Notes under the pieces: generated by a model
Told to the model about the DNA's origin: nothing
What the model saw: the letters and a program-made list of their open reading frames with translations, nothing else
Databases searched by the model: none
Part shown: positions 1-9,383 of the stretch, piece by piece
How the letters are laid out: the number at the start of each line of letters is the position of its first letter
Numbering within the stretch: the first letter of the stretch is position 1
Made by a program: the position numbers and the translations under genes
NCBI GenBank assembly: GCA_965204755.1
Contig: OZ242011.1
Span: 992,001-1,056,000 of the forward strand
DNA length: 64,000 nucleotides
Direction of reading: 5' to 3'
Source of the DNA: Candidatus Marinacidobacterium sp.
GTDB lineage: Bacteria > Acidobacteriota > Vicinamibacteria > Marinacidobacterales > Marinacidobacteraceae

Positions 1-243
1 CTTGTCGTCCACATCGGTGAAGTTCATCGCCTGCTCCACCCGGTACCCCTTGAACTTCAGGTAGCGGCGGAGGAGGTCCTGGGCGACGAAGGTGCGGAAG
101 TTCCCGATGTGGCCGCGGGCGTACACGGTGAGGCCGCAGGTGTACATGCGGACGCGCGGCGGGTCGCCGGGAACCAGCGGCTCGACCCGGCCGCCGAGCG
201 TGTTTCGCAGGCGGAGCGGACGAATCGGGACGGCGTCTTCCAC
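1..243 (-). CDS. cysS: Cysteinyl-tRNA synthetase, 5' part (runs off window)
   Basis: Manual translation: RMYTCGLTVYARGHIGNFRTFVAQDLLRRYL...MNFTDVDDK (HIGH-like HIGN and TDVDDK motifs). GTG at 243 with GAGGGG upstream. Confidence 0.95.
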   Translation of the reverse strand, partial: MEDAVPIRPLRLRNTLGGRVEPLVPGDPPRVRMYTCGLTVYARGHIGNFRTFVAQDLLRRYLKFKGYRVEQAMNFTDVDDK

Positions 244-282
244 CGCGCGCTTCCCCTCAGCCGGACGCCTTCGACGCGGGCG

Positions 283-2085
283 TCATGCGGTCCGCTTCAG
301 GACGATGAGCGTGAGGTCGTCGGCGAGCGGTCTCGAACCGGCGAAGGCGCGGGCGCGGGAGACCAGTTCGCCGCAGATGTCGCGGGCGCTCTTGTCCCGG
401 GCGGCGTCCAGCGCTTCCACCAACCGTTCTTCCTCGAAGAGTTCCCCTTCCGGCGACTCGGTTTCGCTCAGCCCGTCGGTGAACAGGATGAGCAGGTCGC
501 CGGGTTCGAGCGTGAAGCGTCCGGTTTCGACTTCGATCTCGGGGAACAGGCCGAGCACGGTGGAGCCCCGGTCGAGCCGTTCGACTTTCCCGCCGGAGCG
601 CAGCAGCAGCGGCCGCACATGGCCGGCGTTCAGGTAGTCGAACCGCCCGGTCTCCGGCTCGAAGCGGGCGAGGACCGCGGTCATGTAGCGGTTCTCCGCG
701 GTGTTGTCGTGGAGCAACTGGTTCAGTTCGAGCGCCGCGCCGGCGATCTCGGTGTGGCCGTGGAAGAAGAAGGCGCGCAGCGAGGCCTGGACCGAGGCCA
801 TGATCAGCGCCGGGCCGGGCCCCTTCCCGGCCACATCGGCGATGGTCAGGAAGATGCCGCCGCGCAGGTCGAGGTAATCGTAGTAATCGCCGCCGACGGC
901 CAGGCAGGGGATGTTCACGCCGCCGATGTCCCAGCCGGCGGGACGCGGCGGCCGGTCGGGCAGGAAACGGCTCTGGATGCGCCGCGCCGCTTCGAGTTCC
1001 TTCTCCTTCTCGATGGCGGCGCGGGTCAGCCGCAGACTGTCCACCGCGGCGGCCGCCTGCGCGGCGAGCGAACCGAGGAACGACCGGCTGGCCGGCGAGA
1101 GCGCGGCGTCGTCCACGCTGCCCGCGCCGACGAAAAGCGCGCCCCGGAACGAGCCGCAGGCGAACGGCGCGACCCAGCCGATCTCCAGTTGCGCCAGGCC
1201 GGCGGCGAGGGCGCGGTCCTCCAACTCCGCCACCGGGAGCACCCCGGCGCCCGGGCCGACCCGGGCCGCCGCCCGGAGGAGCGCGCTCCAGTCCTCGTCG
1301 GGCCGCCGCGGCCCGCGGGCGGCGAGCACCCGTCCGCCGGCGACCACCGCGGCGCGGCTCGCCAGCACATGCCCCATCGCGCCGTTCAGCAGCAGGTCCC
1401 AGACGCCGGTCTCGTCGGTCGCGCGGTGGAAGCCGGTGGTCAGGTCCATCAGCGACTGCAACTGATAGACATTCAGCGAGAGCCGGCGGTTCGCCAGCCG
1501 GAGTTCCTCGTCCCGGCGGCAGCCTTCCAGCGCCGCCCCGGCGGCGGCGGCCAGCGCTTCCAGGAAGTCGCTCTTCGAGCCGGCGATCTCCGGGCGGCTC
1601 GCGCCGACGAGGAGCACCCCGAGGAGCCGGTCGTCGAACCGGAGGAGGGCCGCCGCGTCGGCGGAAGCGGTTTCGAGGAGGGAACACCAGGGCGCTTCGG
1701 GCTCGCCGCCGTCCGGAGGGCAGTCGCCGCTCCGGACCACCGCCGCCTCCGGCAGCGCCGCCGGGAGCGCCACCGCGAGTTCGGGCCAGGCCGGGTCGGC
1801 GGCCCCGCGCCGGCCCGCCGGGCGCAGCGCGCCGTTGCCGTCGGGGCGGAGGAGACCGGTCCAGCGGGCGCCGGTCTCGCCGAGCGCCACCAGCAGGATG
1901 AGCGCCGCCACTTCCTCGGCGCGGCGCGGCCGGGTCAGCGCCGCCGCGAAGTCCGTGAAGGCGAGGACTTCGGAGATCCGGCGGCCGGCCTCCGGCCCCA
2001 GTTCGCCCAGGTGCCGGGCGAGCAGGTGCTGGTACCGGGCGCCCGGCGACTCGGGAGCGGCCGCGGCCCCTCCGCCGGCCTTCAC
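283..2085 (-). CDS. PP2C/SpoIIE-family (RsbU-like) serine phosphatase with N-terminal GAF-like regions
   Basis: Motifs VGGDYYD, IADVAGKG, NAGH, FTDGLSE, DDLTL. GTG at 2085 overlaps the upstream stop (GTGA). Confidence 0.9.
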   Translation of the reverse strand: MKAGGGAAAAPESPGARYQHLLARHLGELGPEAGRRISEVLAFTDFAAALTRPRRAEEVAALILLVALGETGARWTGLLRPDGNGALRPAGRRGAADPAWPELAVALPAALPEAAVVRSGDCPPDGGEPEAPWCSLLETASADAAALLRFDDRLLGVLLVGASRPEIAGSKSDFLEALAAAAGAALEGCRRDEELRLANRRLSLNVYQLQSLMDLTTGFHRATDETGVWDLLLNGAMGHVLASRAAVVAGGRVLAARGPRRPDEDWSALLRAAARVGPGAGVLPVAELEDRALAAGLAQLEIGWVAPFACGSFRGALFVGAGSVDDAALSPASRSFLGSLAAQAAAAVDSLRLTRAAIEKEKELEAARRIQSRFLPDRPPRPAGWDIGGVNIPCLAVGGDYYDYLDLRGGIFLTIADVAGKGPGPALIMASVQASLRAFFFHGHTEIAGAALELNQLLHDNTAENRYMTAVLARFEPETGRFDYLNAGHVRPLLLRSGGKVERLDRGSTVLGLFPEIEVETGRFTLEPGDLLILFTDGLSETESPEGELFEEERLVEALDAARDKSARDICGELVSRARAFAGSRPLADDLTLIVLKRTA

Positions 2086-2576
2086 GGCGCGGGAGCGTCG
2101 GCCGAAGCGGCGCCGGCGCCGGGCGGGCGGTTCCGGACGAGCAGCCAACAGCCCACGCCCGGCGCCGGCCGGCGGTGCTCCACCGTGTCCATGAGCCGGC
2201 GCATGAGGTGGACGCCGAGCCCGCCGCGGCGCCGCTCCGCCGCCAGGCGGTCGAGGTCCATGCCGGAGGGCAGGTCGCCCGGCGGCTCGCCCCGGTGTTC
2301 CACCTCGATGGTCAGCGCCCGCTCCTCCCGGCGGAAGCGGAGCAGGACCTCGTGGCCGGGCTCGCCCCGGTAGGCGTGCTGCACCACATTGGTCACCGCC
2401 TCGTCCACGGCGGCGGCGATCTCCTGCGCCGCCACCGCGTCGAATCCGGCGGCGGCGGCCACTCGCCGCGCGGCTTCCCGCGTGAGCGCCAGCGACTCGC
2501 AGACCGCCGGAACCCGGATCTCGAACGAGGGCGGCGGGTCCCCGGCGGGGACCGGGTGGTCCTCGGCGGCGCTCAT
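2082..2576 (-). CDS. Anti-sigma factor kinase (RsbW-like, HATPase_c_2)
   Basis: AVDEAVTNVVQHAY and RRGGLGVHLMRRLMD; lies between the STAS and PP2C genes. Confidence 0.88.
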   Translation of the reverse strand: MSAAEDHPVPAGDPPPSFEIRVPAVCESLALTREAARRVAAAAGFDAVAAQEIAAAVDEAVTNVVQHAYRGEPGHEVLLRFRREERALTIEVEHRGEPPGDLPSGMDLDRLAAERRRGGLGVHLMRRLMDTVEHRRPAPGVGCWLLVRNRPPGAGAASADAPAP

Positions 2577-2586
2577 CGGGCCCCGG

Positions 2587-2961
2587 TCACGAAGGAGGCG
2601 GGCCCGGATCCTCCTCCGGGCCGAAACTGGCGACCGCTTCCGCCTCGCTCGCGAAGGTGCGGCAGAGGCGGTCGAAACCGAGCACCCGGAAGATGTGCGC
2701 GACCGGCCCGGTGAGGTCGGCGGCGCGCATGTCCCCTCCCCGGGAGCGGACTTCCTCGATCAGGCCCATGATCGCGCCGAAACCGGCGCTGGCCACATAG
2801 GACAGGTGGGCGCCGCCGATGACGATCCGCACCTCCCCGGCGGCGACCAGCCGGTTCAGCGCTTCTTCGAAGTCCGCCACCGTGTGGGCGTTCACGAAAC
2901 CCCGGGGCTCGACCACCGCCACCCGGCCCACCCGGCGGACGGTGACTTCGAGGTCGGGCAT
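2587..2961 (-). CDS. Anti-anti-sigma factor (STAS, RsbV/SpoIIAA-like)
   Basis: LSYVASAGFG phosphoacceptor motif, IFRVLGFD, 124 aa. Confidence 0.9.
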   Translation of the reverse strand: MPDLEVTVRRVGRVAVVEPRGFVNAHTVADFEEALNRLVAAGEVRIVIGGAHLSYVASAGFGAIMGLIEEVRSRGGDMRAADLTGPVAHIFRVLGFDRLCRTFASEAEAVASFGPEEDPGPPPS

Positions 2962-2997
2962 CGGGGGGGTCGGCTCTCCGGGGAAGACGCTGCCGGC

Positions 2998-4020
2998 CTA
3001 CGGCCCCGCGAGGGCGGGGCGGAGCGTCTCGACCCGCGGAGCGGGCGCCGGGGGGAGGGCCGGGTCGGAGGCGGCGGCTGCGTCGCGCTCGAGTTGGAGG
3101 CGGAGGGCCTCGGCGCCGGGGAACGCGCGGACCGGGCGGAGGAAACGGAGGAAGCGGAGGCGGAGCGCGCGCGGCGAGCCGGAGTAGTCCAGCAGGTGCG
3201 CTTCCAGCGAAGCGCCGTCGGAAAAGGTGGGGCGCGGGCCGAAGTGGACGATCGCCCGGCGCCGGGGGCCGGGCCGCGTCCCGCCGGAGGCGGGCGGCGG
3301 ATCGTCCTCCACCAGGGCGTCGGCGGCGTACACGCCTTCGCGGAGCAGCGGTTCCCCCTCCGGGAGGAGGTTCGCGGTGGGGAAGCCGAGTCCCCGGCCG
3401 CGGCCCGCGCCGGGGACGACCGCGCCGGAGAGTTCGTAAGGCCGGCCGAGCATCGCCTCCGCCTCTTCCGGGCGGCCCGCCGCCAGCGCCTCGCGGATGC
3501 GGGTCGAAGAGATCGGACGCCCGTCGAAGCGGACGGCCGGGGACTCGATCACCGCGAAGCCGCGGCGGGCGCCGACCGAGCGCAGGGTGCCGAGCCCGCC
3601 GGAGCGGCCGCGGCCGAAGCGGAAGTTCCCGCCCTGGACGACCGCCCGGACGCCGAGCCGCCCCAGGAGCAGGCGCTCCACGAAGTCCTCCGCCGGCGTC
3701 TTCGCCATCTCCGCCCCGAAGCGGAGGACGACCAGCAGTTCCACGCCGGCGGCGGCCAGCAGGGCTTCCCGGTCGGCGGGGGTGGAGATCGCCTTCGGGG
3801 CGCGGTCGGGGCGGAGGACCCGGGCCGGGTGGGGGTCGAAGGTGACGGAGGCGAAGGCCGCGCCGAGGCGGGCCGCTTCGCGCCGGGCGAGGACCAGCGT
3901 TTCCCGGTGGCCCCGGTGCACCCCGTCGAAGTTCCCGATGGCGGCGACGGAACCGTTCGGGAGGGGCGCGGCGGCGGGAGGGAGCGGGTCGCCGAGGGCC
4001 GCGAGGCGCGCCACCCTCAT
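2998..4020 (-). CDS. ribF: Riboflavin kinase/FAD synthetase
   Basis: IGNFDGVHRGH, TFDPHP, ISSTRIR, GRGLGFPTAN, EAHLLD. Confidence 0.95.
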   Translation of the reverse strand: MRVARLAALGDPLPPAAAPLPNGSVAAIGNFDGVHRGHRETLVLARREAARLGAAFASVTFDPHPARVLRPDRAPKAISTPADREALLAAAGVELLVVLRFGAEMAKTPAEDFVERLLLGRLGVRAVVQGGNFRFGRGRSGGLGTLRSVGARRGFAVIESPAVRFDGRPISSTRIREALAAGRPEEAEAMLGRPYELSGAVVPGAGRGRGLGFPTANLLPEGEPLLREGVYAADALVEDDPPPASGGTRPGPRRRAIVHFGPRPTFSDGASLEAHLLDYSGSPRALRLRFLRFLRPVRAFPGAEALRLQLERDAAAASDPALPPAPAPRVETLRPALAGP

Positions 4021-4048
4021 GGGGCCCCCGCCGCTCCTTCCCCGCCGC

Positions 4049-4975
4049 TCAACGACCGGCCGGCGCCGCGCCCGGGGCGCCGGCTCGCGCGAGGTAGTCC
4101 ATCCGCATCCGGTAGAGGGCGCGGGACATCATCCGGCTCTCCTCCTCGGTCCGGCGGGAGCGGGTGTGCCGCTCGAGGGCTTCCAGCATCCCGATGAATC
4201 CTTGGAAGGCGCCCAGTGCCTCCGCGCCGCGCAGCGCGGCCGCCGCGGCGTCCTCCGGGTCGGGCTCTCCCTCGCCCTTCGGGTCGGCGGCCGGCGTGGC
4301 GGCGGCCACCCGGAGCGAGAAGTCGGCGTGGGCGAGGAGCAACTGCGCCAACTGGCCGAGGCGGGGATCGCCCTTGGAATCCCCGGCCGGAGCCTCCTCC
4401 GCGTCGGGGGACCCGGCGGCGGCGCCGAGCCCGGTCGGCTCGGTGAGGAGGCGGAGAAAGGAGACCAACTGTTCCAGCCCGACGAAGGCCTGCGCCAGCC
4501 GGTCCTGCTCCGCCCGATCCCTCCGGTTCGCGTCGGCGCCGTCCGCTCCGGAGACCGGCTCGGCGGCCCGCGCGGCGATGATCTGGAGTTCGTTGTCCGC
4601 GAGGGTGAAGAGGAAGCGGACCAAGTGCTCCCGACCCTCGTTGCCGGCGCCGGGCTTCGGCGGGGCCGGTTCCTTCGTCGCCGCCGGCGGCGGCTGCGGT
4701 TTCGAGTCGGCGGGCGCCTCCGGCGTCGGCGGCGGAGCGGCGGGGCGGGGCGGCGCGTCGGGGGAGCCGGCGGCGGGGGCGCCGGCGGCGGGTTCGACCG
4801 GCGGCGGTCCGGAAGGGCGCGGTCCGGCGGGGCCGGTCTCTTCGGGGGGCCGGGGCTCGGCGGGGGCGGGTCGGCCCTCTCCCGTCTCCCCCGGTTCGGC
4901 GCGGGGGCGCCCGTCCGGGGTGAACCGGCGCCGGTCGCGCTCCACGATGCGCGGGGGTCTCCGGTCGTCGCTCAA
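4049..4975 (-). CDS. DUF1844-like protein with Pro-rich N-terminus
   Basis: C-terminal IGMLEALERHTRSRRTEEESRMMSRALYRMRMDY resembles the DUF1844 helical signature (from memory). Confidence 0.6.
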   Translation of the reverse strand: MSDDRRPPRIVERDRRRFTPDGRPRAEPGETGEGRPAPAEPRPPEETGPAGPRPSGPPPVEPAAGAPAAGSPDAPPRPAAPPPTPEAPADSKPQPPPAATKEPAPPKPGAGNEGREHLVRFLFTLADNELQIIAARAAEPVSGADGADANRRDRAEQDRLAQAFVGLEQLVSFLRLLTEPTGLGAAAGSPDAEEAPAGDSKGDPRLGQLAQLLLAHADFSLRVAAATPAADPKGEGEPDPEDAAAAALRGAEALGAFQGFIGMLEALERHTRSRRTEEESRMMSRALYRMRMDYLARAGAPGAAPAGR

Positions 4976-5059
4976 TGGTCTTCCGCCGAGGCCGCCGGAA
5001 TCCTACCGACCCGCGCCGAAAGCGCCTCGCGCCCGTCCCCCGGGCCGATAATCCTCCGG

Positions 5060-5806
5060 ATGATCTCCCGGACGGCCGCGCCCGACGCCGACCGGGCGCC
5101 CCCCGCGAAGACGGAAGCGGGGGAGGCGGTCGAACGGTTGGTCGCCGTCATGGCGCGCCTGCGGTCGGACGACGGCTGCCCGTGGGACCGGAAGCAGACT
5201 TGGGAGTCGCTTCGGCGGTATGTCCTCGAAGAGGCGCACGAGTTGGCGGAGGCCATTGACGAAGGGGACGAGGACGCGGTGCGCGAGGAGTGCGGCGACC
5301 TGCTGCTCGAAGTGGTGTTCCTCGCGCAGATCGCGTCCGAGGAGGGCCGGTTCGGGATGGCGGAAGTGGCGGCGGGGATCACCGCGAAACTCGTCCGCCG
5401 GCACCCGCAGGTGTTCCGGGACGCGCGGAGGGCCGCCGACGCCGACGAGGCGCTCGCCGCCTGGGAGGCGGTGAAGGCGCAGGAGAAGCGGGAGCGCGGC
5501 GGACGGAGCGGGCCGGAGTTGCCGGTGACGCTCCCGGCCCTGGTGGCCGCGGCCAAGGTGGCCGGGCGGGAGGCGGGCGCCGCCGAAGGGTCGCCCGACG
5601 GGTCACTCGACCGGTCGCCCGGGGCGGCGCTCGCCGCGCTCGGCCGCTCCGAGGCGGACGCGAACCGCGGCGGCGCCGGGAAGGAGCAACGGGAGGAGTT
5701 CGCCGCGGCGCTCGGCGAAGCGCTCTACGACCTCGCCCGGCGGGCGGCGGCCGCGGGAGTGGATCCGGAAGCGGCGCTGCTCGCCGCGGTGCGCCGCCGC
5801 CTGTAG
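5060..5806 (+). CDS. mazG: MazG-family NTP pyrophosphohydrolase (second domain degenerate)
   Basis: LRSDDGCPWDRKQT, EEAHE, REECGDLL, KLVRRHP, WEAVKAQEK. Confidence 0.9.
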   Translation: MISRTAAPDADRAPPAKTEAGEAVERLVAVMARLRSDDGCPWDRKQTWESLRRYVLEEAHELAEAIDEGDEDAVREECGDLLLEVVFLAQIASEEGRFGMAEVAAGITAKLVRRHPQVFRDARRAADADEALAAWEAVKAQEKRERGGRSGPELPVTLPALVAAAKVAGREAGAAEGSPDGSLDRSPGAALAALGRSEADANRGGAGKEQREEFAAALGEALYDLARRAAAAGVDPEAALLAAVRRRL

Positions 5807-5809
5807 TCC

Positions 5810-8368
5810 TTACCGCGGCCCGGCCACGGGAGGCAGGTCGCGGAAAGGGCGCACGGTCAGGGCGCCGTCCCTCGAGATCACCGCGGTAACGGCGCCGTGG
5901 CGGTCGGTGCGGTATACGCGGACGCCGAAGGCGGCGAGCCGCTCGATCACTTCGGGGAACGGGAGGCGGCGGCGGCGGTCCTCGCGGGTGGAGACCAGCG
6001 CCACCCGGGGACGGACCGCCTCGAGGAAGGCCTCGGAGGTGGAGAAGCGGCTCCCGTGGTGGCCGACCTTGAGCACCGAGGCCGCGAGGGCGTCCGGGTC
6101 GCGGTCGAGGAGAAGCCGCTCGGCGGGGAAGCCGGCGTCCCCGGTGAGCAGGGTCCGGCGGCCGGCGTAGTCGAGCGAGAGCACCAGCGAGCGCTCGTTC
6201 GGACTCGGGGGCGTCCCGGCGCCGGACTCCCACTCCGCGGCGTCCCCGGCGAGGAGGACCGTGAAGACCGCGCCGCCGAGGGGGATCCGGTCCCCGGCGC
6301 GGACCCGGCGCACCGGGATCCCCTCCCGGCGGCGGTCGCGGCGCAGCAGCCGCGCCGCCGGGCGGTCGTCGCCGGCGGTGGCCGGGCCCTCCCAGTACTC
6401 CTCGACCGGGAAGTCGCGGAAGACCGCCGAGAAGCCGCCGATGTGGTCGAGGTCGAGGTGGGTGGGGACGGCGGCGCGCAGCCGGCGGTGGCCCCGGTGG
6501 ACGAGGAACGGGGTGACGACCCGCTCGCCGGCGCTGTAGTCGGCGAAAGCGGAGCCGGCGTCCACCAGCACGGCGCCGCCCTCCGGCAGTTCGACCACCA
6601 ACGCGTCGCCGGCGCCCACATCGAGCGCGGTGATGCGCAGCGAGCCCTCTCCGCCGCCGCCGCGCGGCAAGGTGGAAAGCGCCAGGAGGAAGAGCGCCGC
6701 GCCGGGAAGGATCCGGCGGCGGCCGCGGAGCCGGATCGCCGGGAGGGAGGCCGCGATCCAGAGGACGAACCACCACCACGAGGGCCGCGCCACCGGGAAG
6801 GCGCCGAAGGGGAGGTCCGCGCCCCAGCGGCTCAGGCCGATCAGCCACTCGGCGGAGAGGCGCAGCCCCTCGAAGAGCGCCGGGCCGAGGAGCGGCAAGT
6901 CGCCGAACGCCAGCCAGCCGAAGCCGAAGCCCAGCAGCGGCCCGGCGAGGAACACCGCCGGGACGGCCACCAGCAGGCCCCCGAAGACCACCCGGCCGAA
7001 CGCGCGGGCGATGATCGGGAACCCCGCCACCTGCGCCGCCAGCGTGACCGCCACCGGGGCGAACAGGCGCGAGCGCCAGCGGGGGCGGTCCCAGGGCACG
7101 GTGGCCGGGTCCGGGGGGCGGAGGGCGGCGAGGATGCTGAGGGTGACCCCGAAACTGAGTTGGAAGCCCACATCCAGGGCGTTCCCGGGCGCGGCGGCGA
7201 GCAGGACGAGCGCCGCGAACCCGAGGCCGTTCCGCGCGCCGCCGGTGAGGCCGCGCCGGAGGCCGACGATGACCGAGCCGGCCATGAGCGCCGCCCGGAG
7301 GACGGAGGGGCGGGCGCCGGCGAGGGCGGCGTAGAAGGGCAGCACCGCGAGGACGACCGTCAGGGCCGCGCGCCGGCGGACTCCGAACAGGACGAGGACC
7401 CCGTAGAGGAGGGCGCTGAGCAGGCCCACATGGAGCCCGCTCACCGCCATCACATGGAGGGTCCCGGCGTCCCGGAAGGCGCGCTCGACCCGCGCCGGCG
7501 CCAAACTGCGGTCGCCGATCAGGAGCGCGGCGGCCACGCCGGCGGCCGGGCGGGAGAGGCCGGATTCCAGCAGCCGGGCGCGGATCGCCGAGCGGACCTG
7601 CCGGATCAGCCGCCAGAACGCCGGGGCCGGGCGGAGTTCGGCGACCAGGAGCGCGCTCTTGGTGTTGCCGAAAAGGCCCGTCGGGCCGGAGAACGGAGCC
7701 GCGCCGGGGTTGGAGGGGCCCCGGGACGCCGAGACCCGGCTCCACACCTCGACCTCGGCGCCCCGGGCCAACCCCGCGAGGCGGGCGCGGCGTTCCCCGC
7801 CGACGGTGATCCGGACCGGGCCGGAGACCGGGTAGGTCCTCTTGCCGGCGACCATTTCCCGCGCGGCGAGCCGGAGCGTCGTCTCGGCGCGCGCCTCTTC
7901 CGGTTCCGCGGTGAGGCGGCCGCGGAGCAGCACCGGCCGGCGGAGCCGATCCTCGCCGAGGGCCAGCGCCGCGGTGACCACCGAGGGCGGGCCCGGCGGC
8001 GGGCGGTTCGCCCACCCGGCGGCGAGGGCGGCGAACAGGAGGAGGCCGGTGAGCCGCCGGGCCCGCTTCGGGCCGGGCCGCGGGGACTCGCCGGCGCCGG
8101 GGTCGCCGGGCGCGGCGAAGAAGACGGCGAGGGCGGAGAGGGCCGCCGCCAGCGCCGGAAGCGCGGGGAGGGCGTCGAGGAACCGGGTGACGCCCGCCGG
8201 GAGGACCTCGGGGAGCGCGAGGCCCAGCCACAGGCCCGCGGCGAGCAGCAGGAGCGGCGCGTGGGCCGTTTCGTCGGGCCGCCGCGCGCCCGGCCCGGCG
8301 CCGACCGCCGCTCCGGCGGCGGAGGTCGCCCGGTGCTCGAGCCGGGGAGGGTCGGGCGCTTGTTCCAC
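5810..8368 (-). CDS. comEC: ComEC/Rec2 DNA uptake channel with C-terminal metallo-beta-lactamase domain
   Basis: HVMAVSGLHV, PSVLRA, GFQLSF, THLDLDHIGG, LKVGHHGS. Confidence 0.93.
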   Translation of the reverse strand: MEQAPDPPRLEHRATSAAGAAVGAGPGARRPDETAHAPLLLLAAGLWLGLALPEVLPAGVTRFLDALPALPALAAALSALAVFFAAPGDPGAGESPRPGPKRARRLTGLLLFAALAAGWANRPPPGPPSVVTAALALGEDRLRRPVLLRGRLTAEPEEARAETTLRLAAREMVAGKRTYPVSGPVRITVGGERRARLAGLARGAEVEVWSRVSASRGPSNPGAAPFSGPTGLFGNTKSALLVAELRPAPAFWRLIRQVRSAIRARLLESGLSRPAAGVAAALLIGDRSLAPARVERAFRDAGTLHVMAVSGLHVGLLSALLYGVLVLFGVRRRAALTVVLAVLPFYAALAGARPSVLRAALMAGSVIVGLRRGLTGGARNGLGFAALVLLAAAPGNALDVGFQLSFGVTLSILAALRPPDPATVPWDRPRWRSRLFAPVAVTLAAQVAGFPIIARAFGRVVFGGLLVAVPAVFLAGPLLGFGFGWLAFGDLPLLGPALFEGLRLSAEWLIGLSRWGADLPFGAFPVARPSWWWFVLWIAASLPAIRLRGRRRILPGAALFLLALSTLPRGGGGEGSLRITALDVGAGDALVVELPEGGAVLVDAGSAFADYSAGERVVTPFLVHRGHRRLRAAVPTHLDLDHIGGFSAVFRDFPVEEYWEGPATAGDDRPAARLLRRDRRREGIPVRRVRAGDRIPLGGAVFTVLLAGDAAEWESGAGTPPSPNERSLVLSLDYAGRRTLLTGDAGFPAERLLLDRDPDALAASVLKVGHHGSRFSTSEAFLEAVRPRVALVSTREDRRRRLPFPEVIERLAAFGVRVYRTDRHGAVTAVISRDGALTVRPFRDLPPVAGPR

Positions 8369-8374
8369 GAGCCG

Positions 8375-9259
8375 TCAGGCGGGATCGTCGAGGCGGAGCG
8401 CCGGGAGGGCGAGGGCGCGGGGGAGGCGGCGGCGGACGGCGGCGGCCAGGGCCTCCCGGTAGCCGGAAGGGGGCATCCGGCGGCGGAAGGCCGCGAGCGG
8501 CTCGGCGGCGGCGGCGGTGATCGCGGCGGAGGCCGCCGGGCGGAGCGCGTCCGCGAGGGAGCGGAGGAGTTCTTCTTCTACCGCTTCCAAATCGTTTTCC
8601 GGGTCGTTCTCCGGGTCGTTCTCCGGCTGGCTCCCCGGATTCTCCGGCGGCCGGGCGGGGCGGGCGCCGCCGGAGGCGGGGGAGCGGGAGGCGGCGAGGT
8701 CGGCGATCCGGCCGGCGGCGAGGGAAGCGGCGGCGGCGGCCCGTTCGGGCTCGACGGCGGACGCGTCGGGGCGCCAGGCGCGGAGTCCGGCGGCGAGTTC
8801 GAGGAGGCGGGCCGGCAGCGGGCACTCCGGCAGGGGGCGCTCCGCCGGCGGCGACGGGACCCGGTTCGGGCGCCGCGCGGCGCCTGCCGCCCGGGTCGGC
8901 GGAGTCTCCGCAGTCCCGGCGTCAGGAGGCTCGGCCGGAGAGGGGGGCGCGGGCGGCCCGGAGGCCGCGGCGGTCTCCGGGAGCCCGGCGCGGCGGCGGC
9001 GGTAGTCGGCGAACGCCGCCTCCACCGACCGGGCGCAGGCCCGGAGCCCCAGCCGCCCGGAGGCGGCGGCCCGGCGGTCGAACGCCCGGCGGATCCCTTC
9101 GACCACGACCGGGAGCGGGACGCCCCGGCGTTCCCAGTCGAGGATGAGTTGCCAGTCCGCCGGGCTCACCACGGACGCGCCGCCGCGCCGGGCCACGAAG
9201 GCCCGTTCGACCTCCCGGCAGAACTGTCCGGAAGGATCGCCGGGCGCGGGATCGGGCAC
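8375..9259 (-). CDS. Hypothetical protein
   Basis: Long ORF in an operon-like position. The N-terminus looks globular (FVARRGG..SPADWQLILDWERRGVPL); the rest is Ala/Pro-rich. Confidence 0.65.
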   Translation of the reverse strand: MPDPAPGDPSGQFCREVERAFVARRGGASVVSPADWQLILDWERRGVPLPVVVEGIRRAFDRRAAASGRLGLRACARSVEAAFADYRRRRAGLPETAAASGPPAPPSPAEPPDAGTAETPPTRAAGAARRPNRVPSPPAERPLPECPLPARLLELAAGLRAWRPDASAVEPERAAAAASLAAGRIADLAASRSPASGGARPARPPENPGSQPENDPENDPENDLEAVEEELLRSLADALRPAASAAITAAAAEPLAAFRRRMPPSGYREALAAAVRRRLPRALALPALRLDDPA

Positions 9260-9383
9260 GCCGCTTCCCCTTGGGGTCAGCGGGCCGGGTCAGCCCGCCG
9301 CCGCGCGGATGGAGGCCGGCCGAAGGGCCGGCCGGTCACGGACGGGGCCCGACGGACGGGGCCCGACGGGCGGCGCCCGGCGG

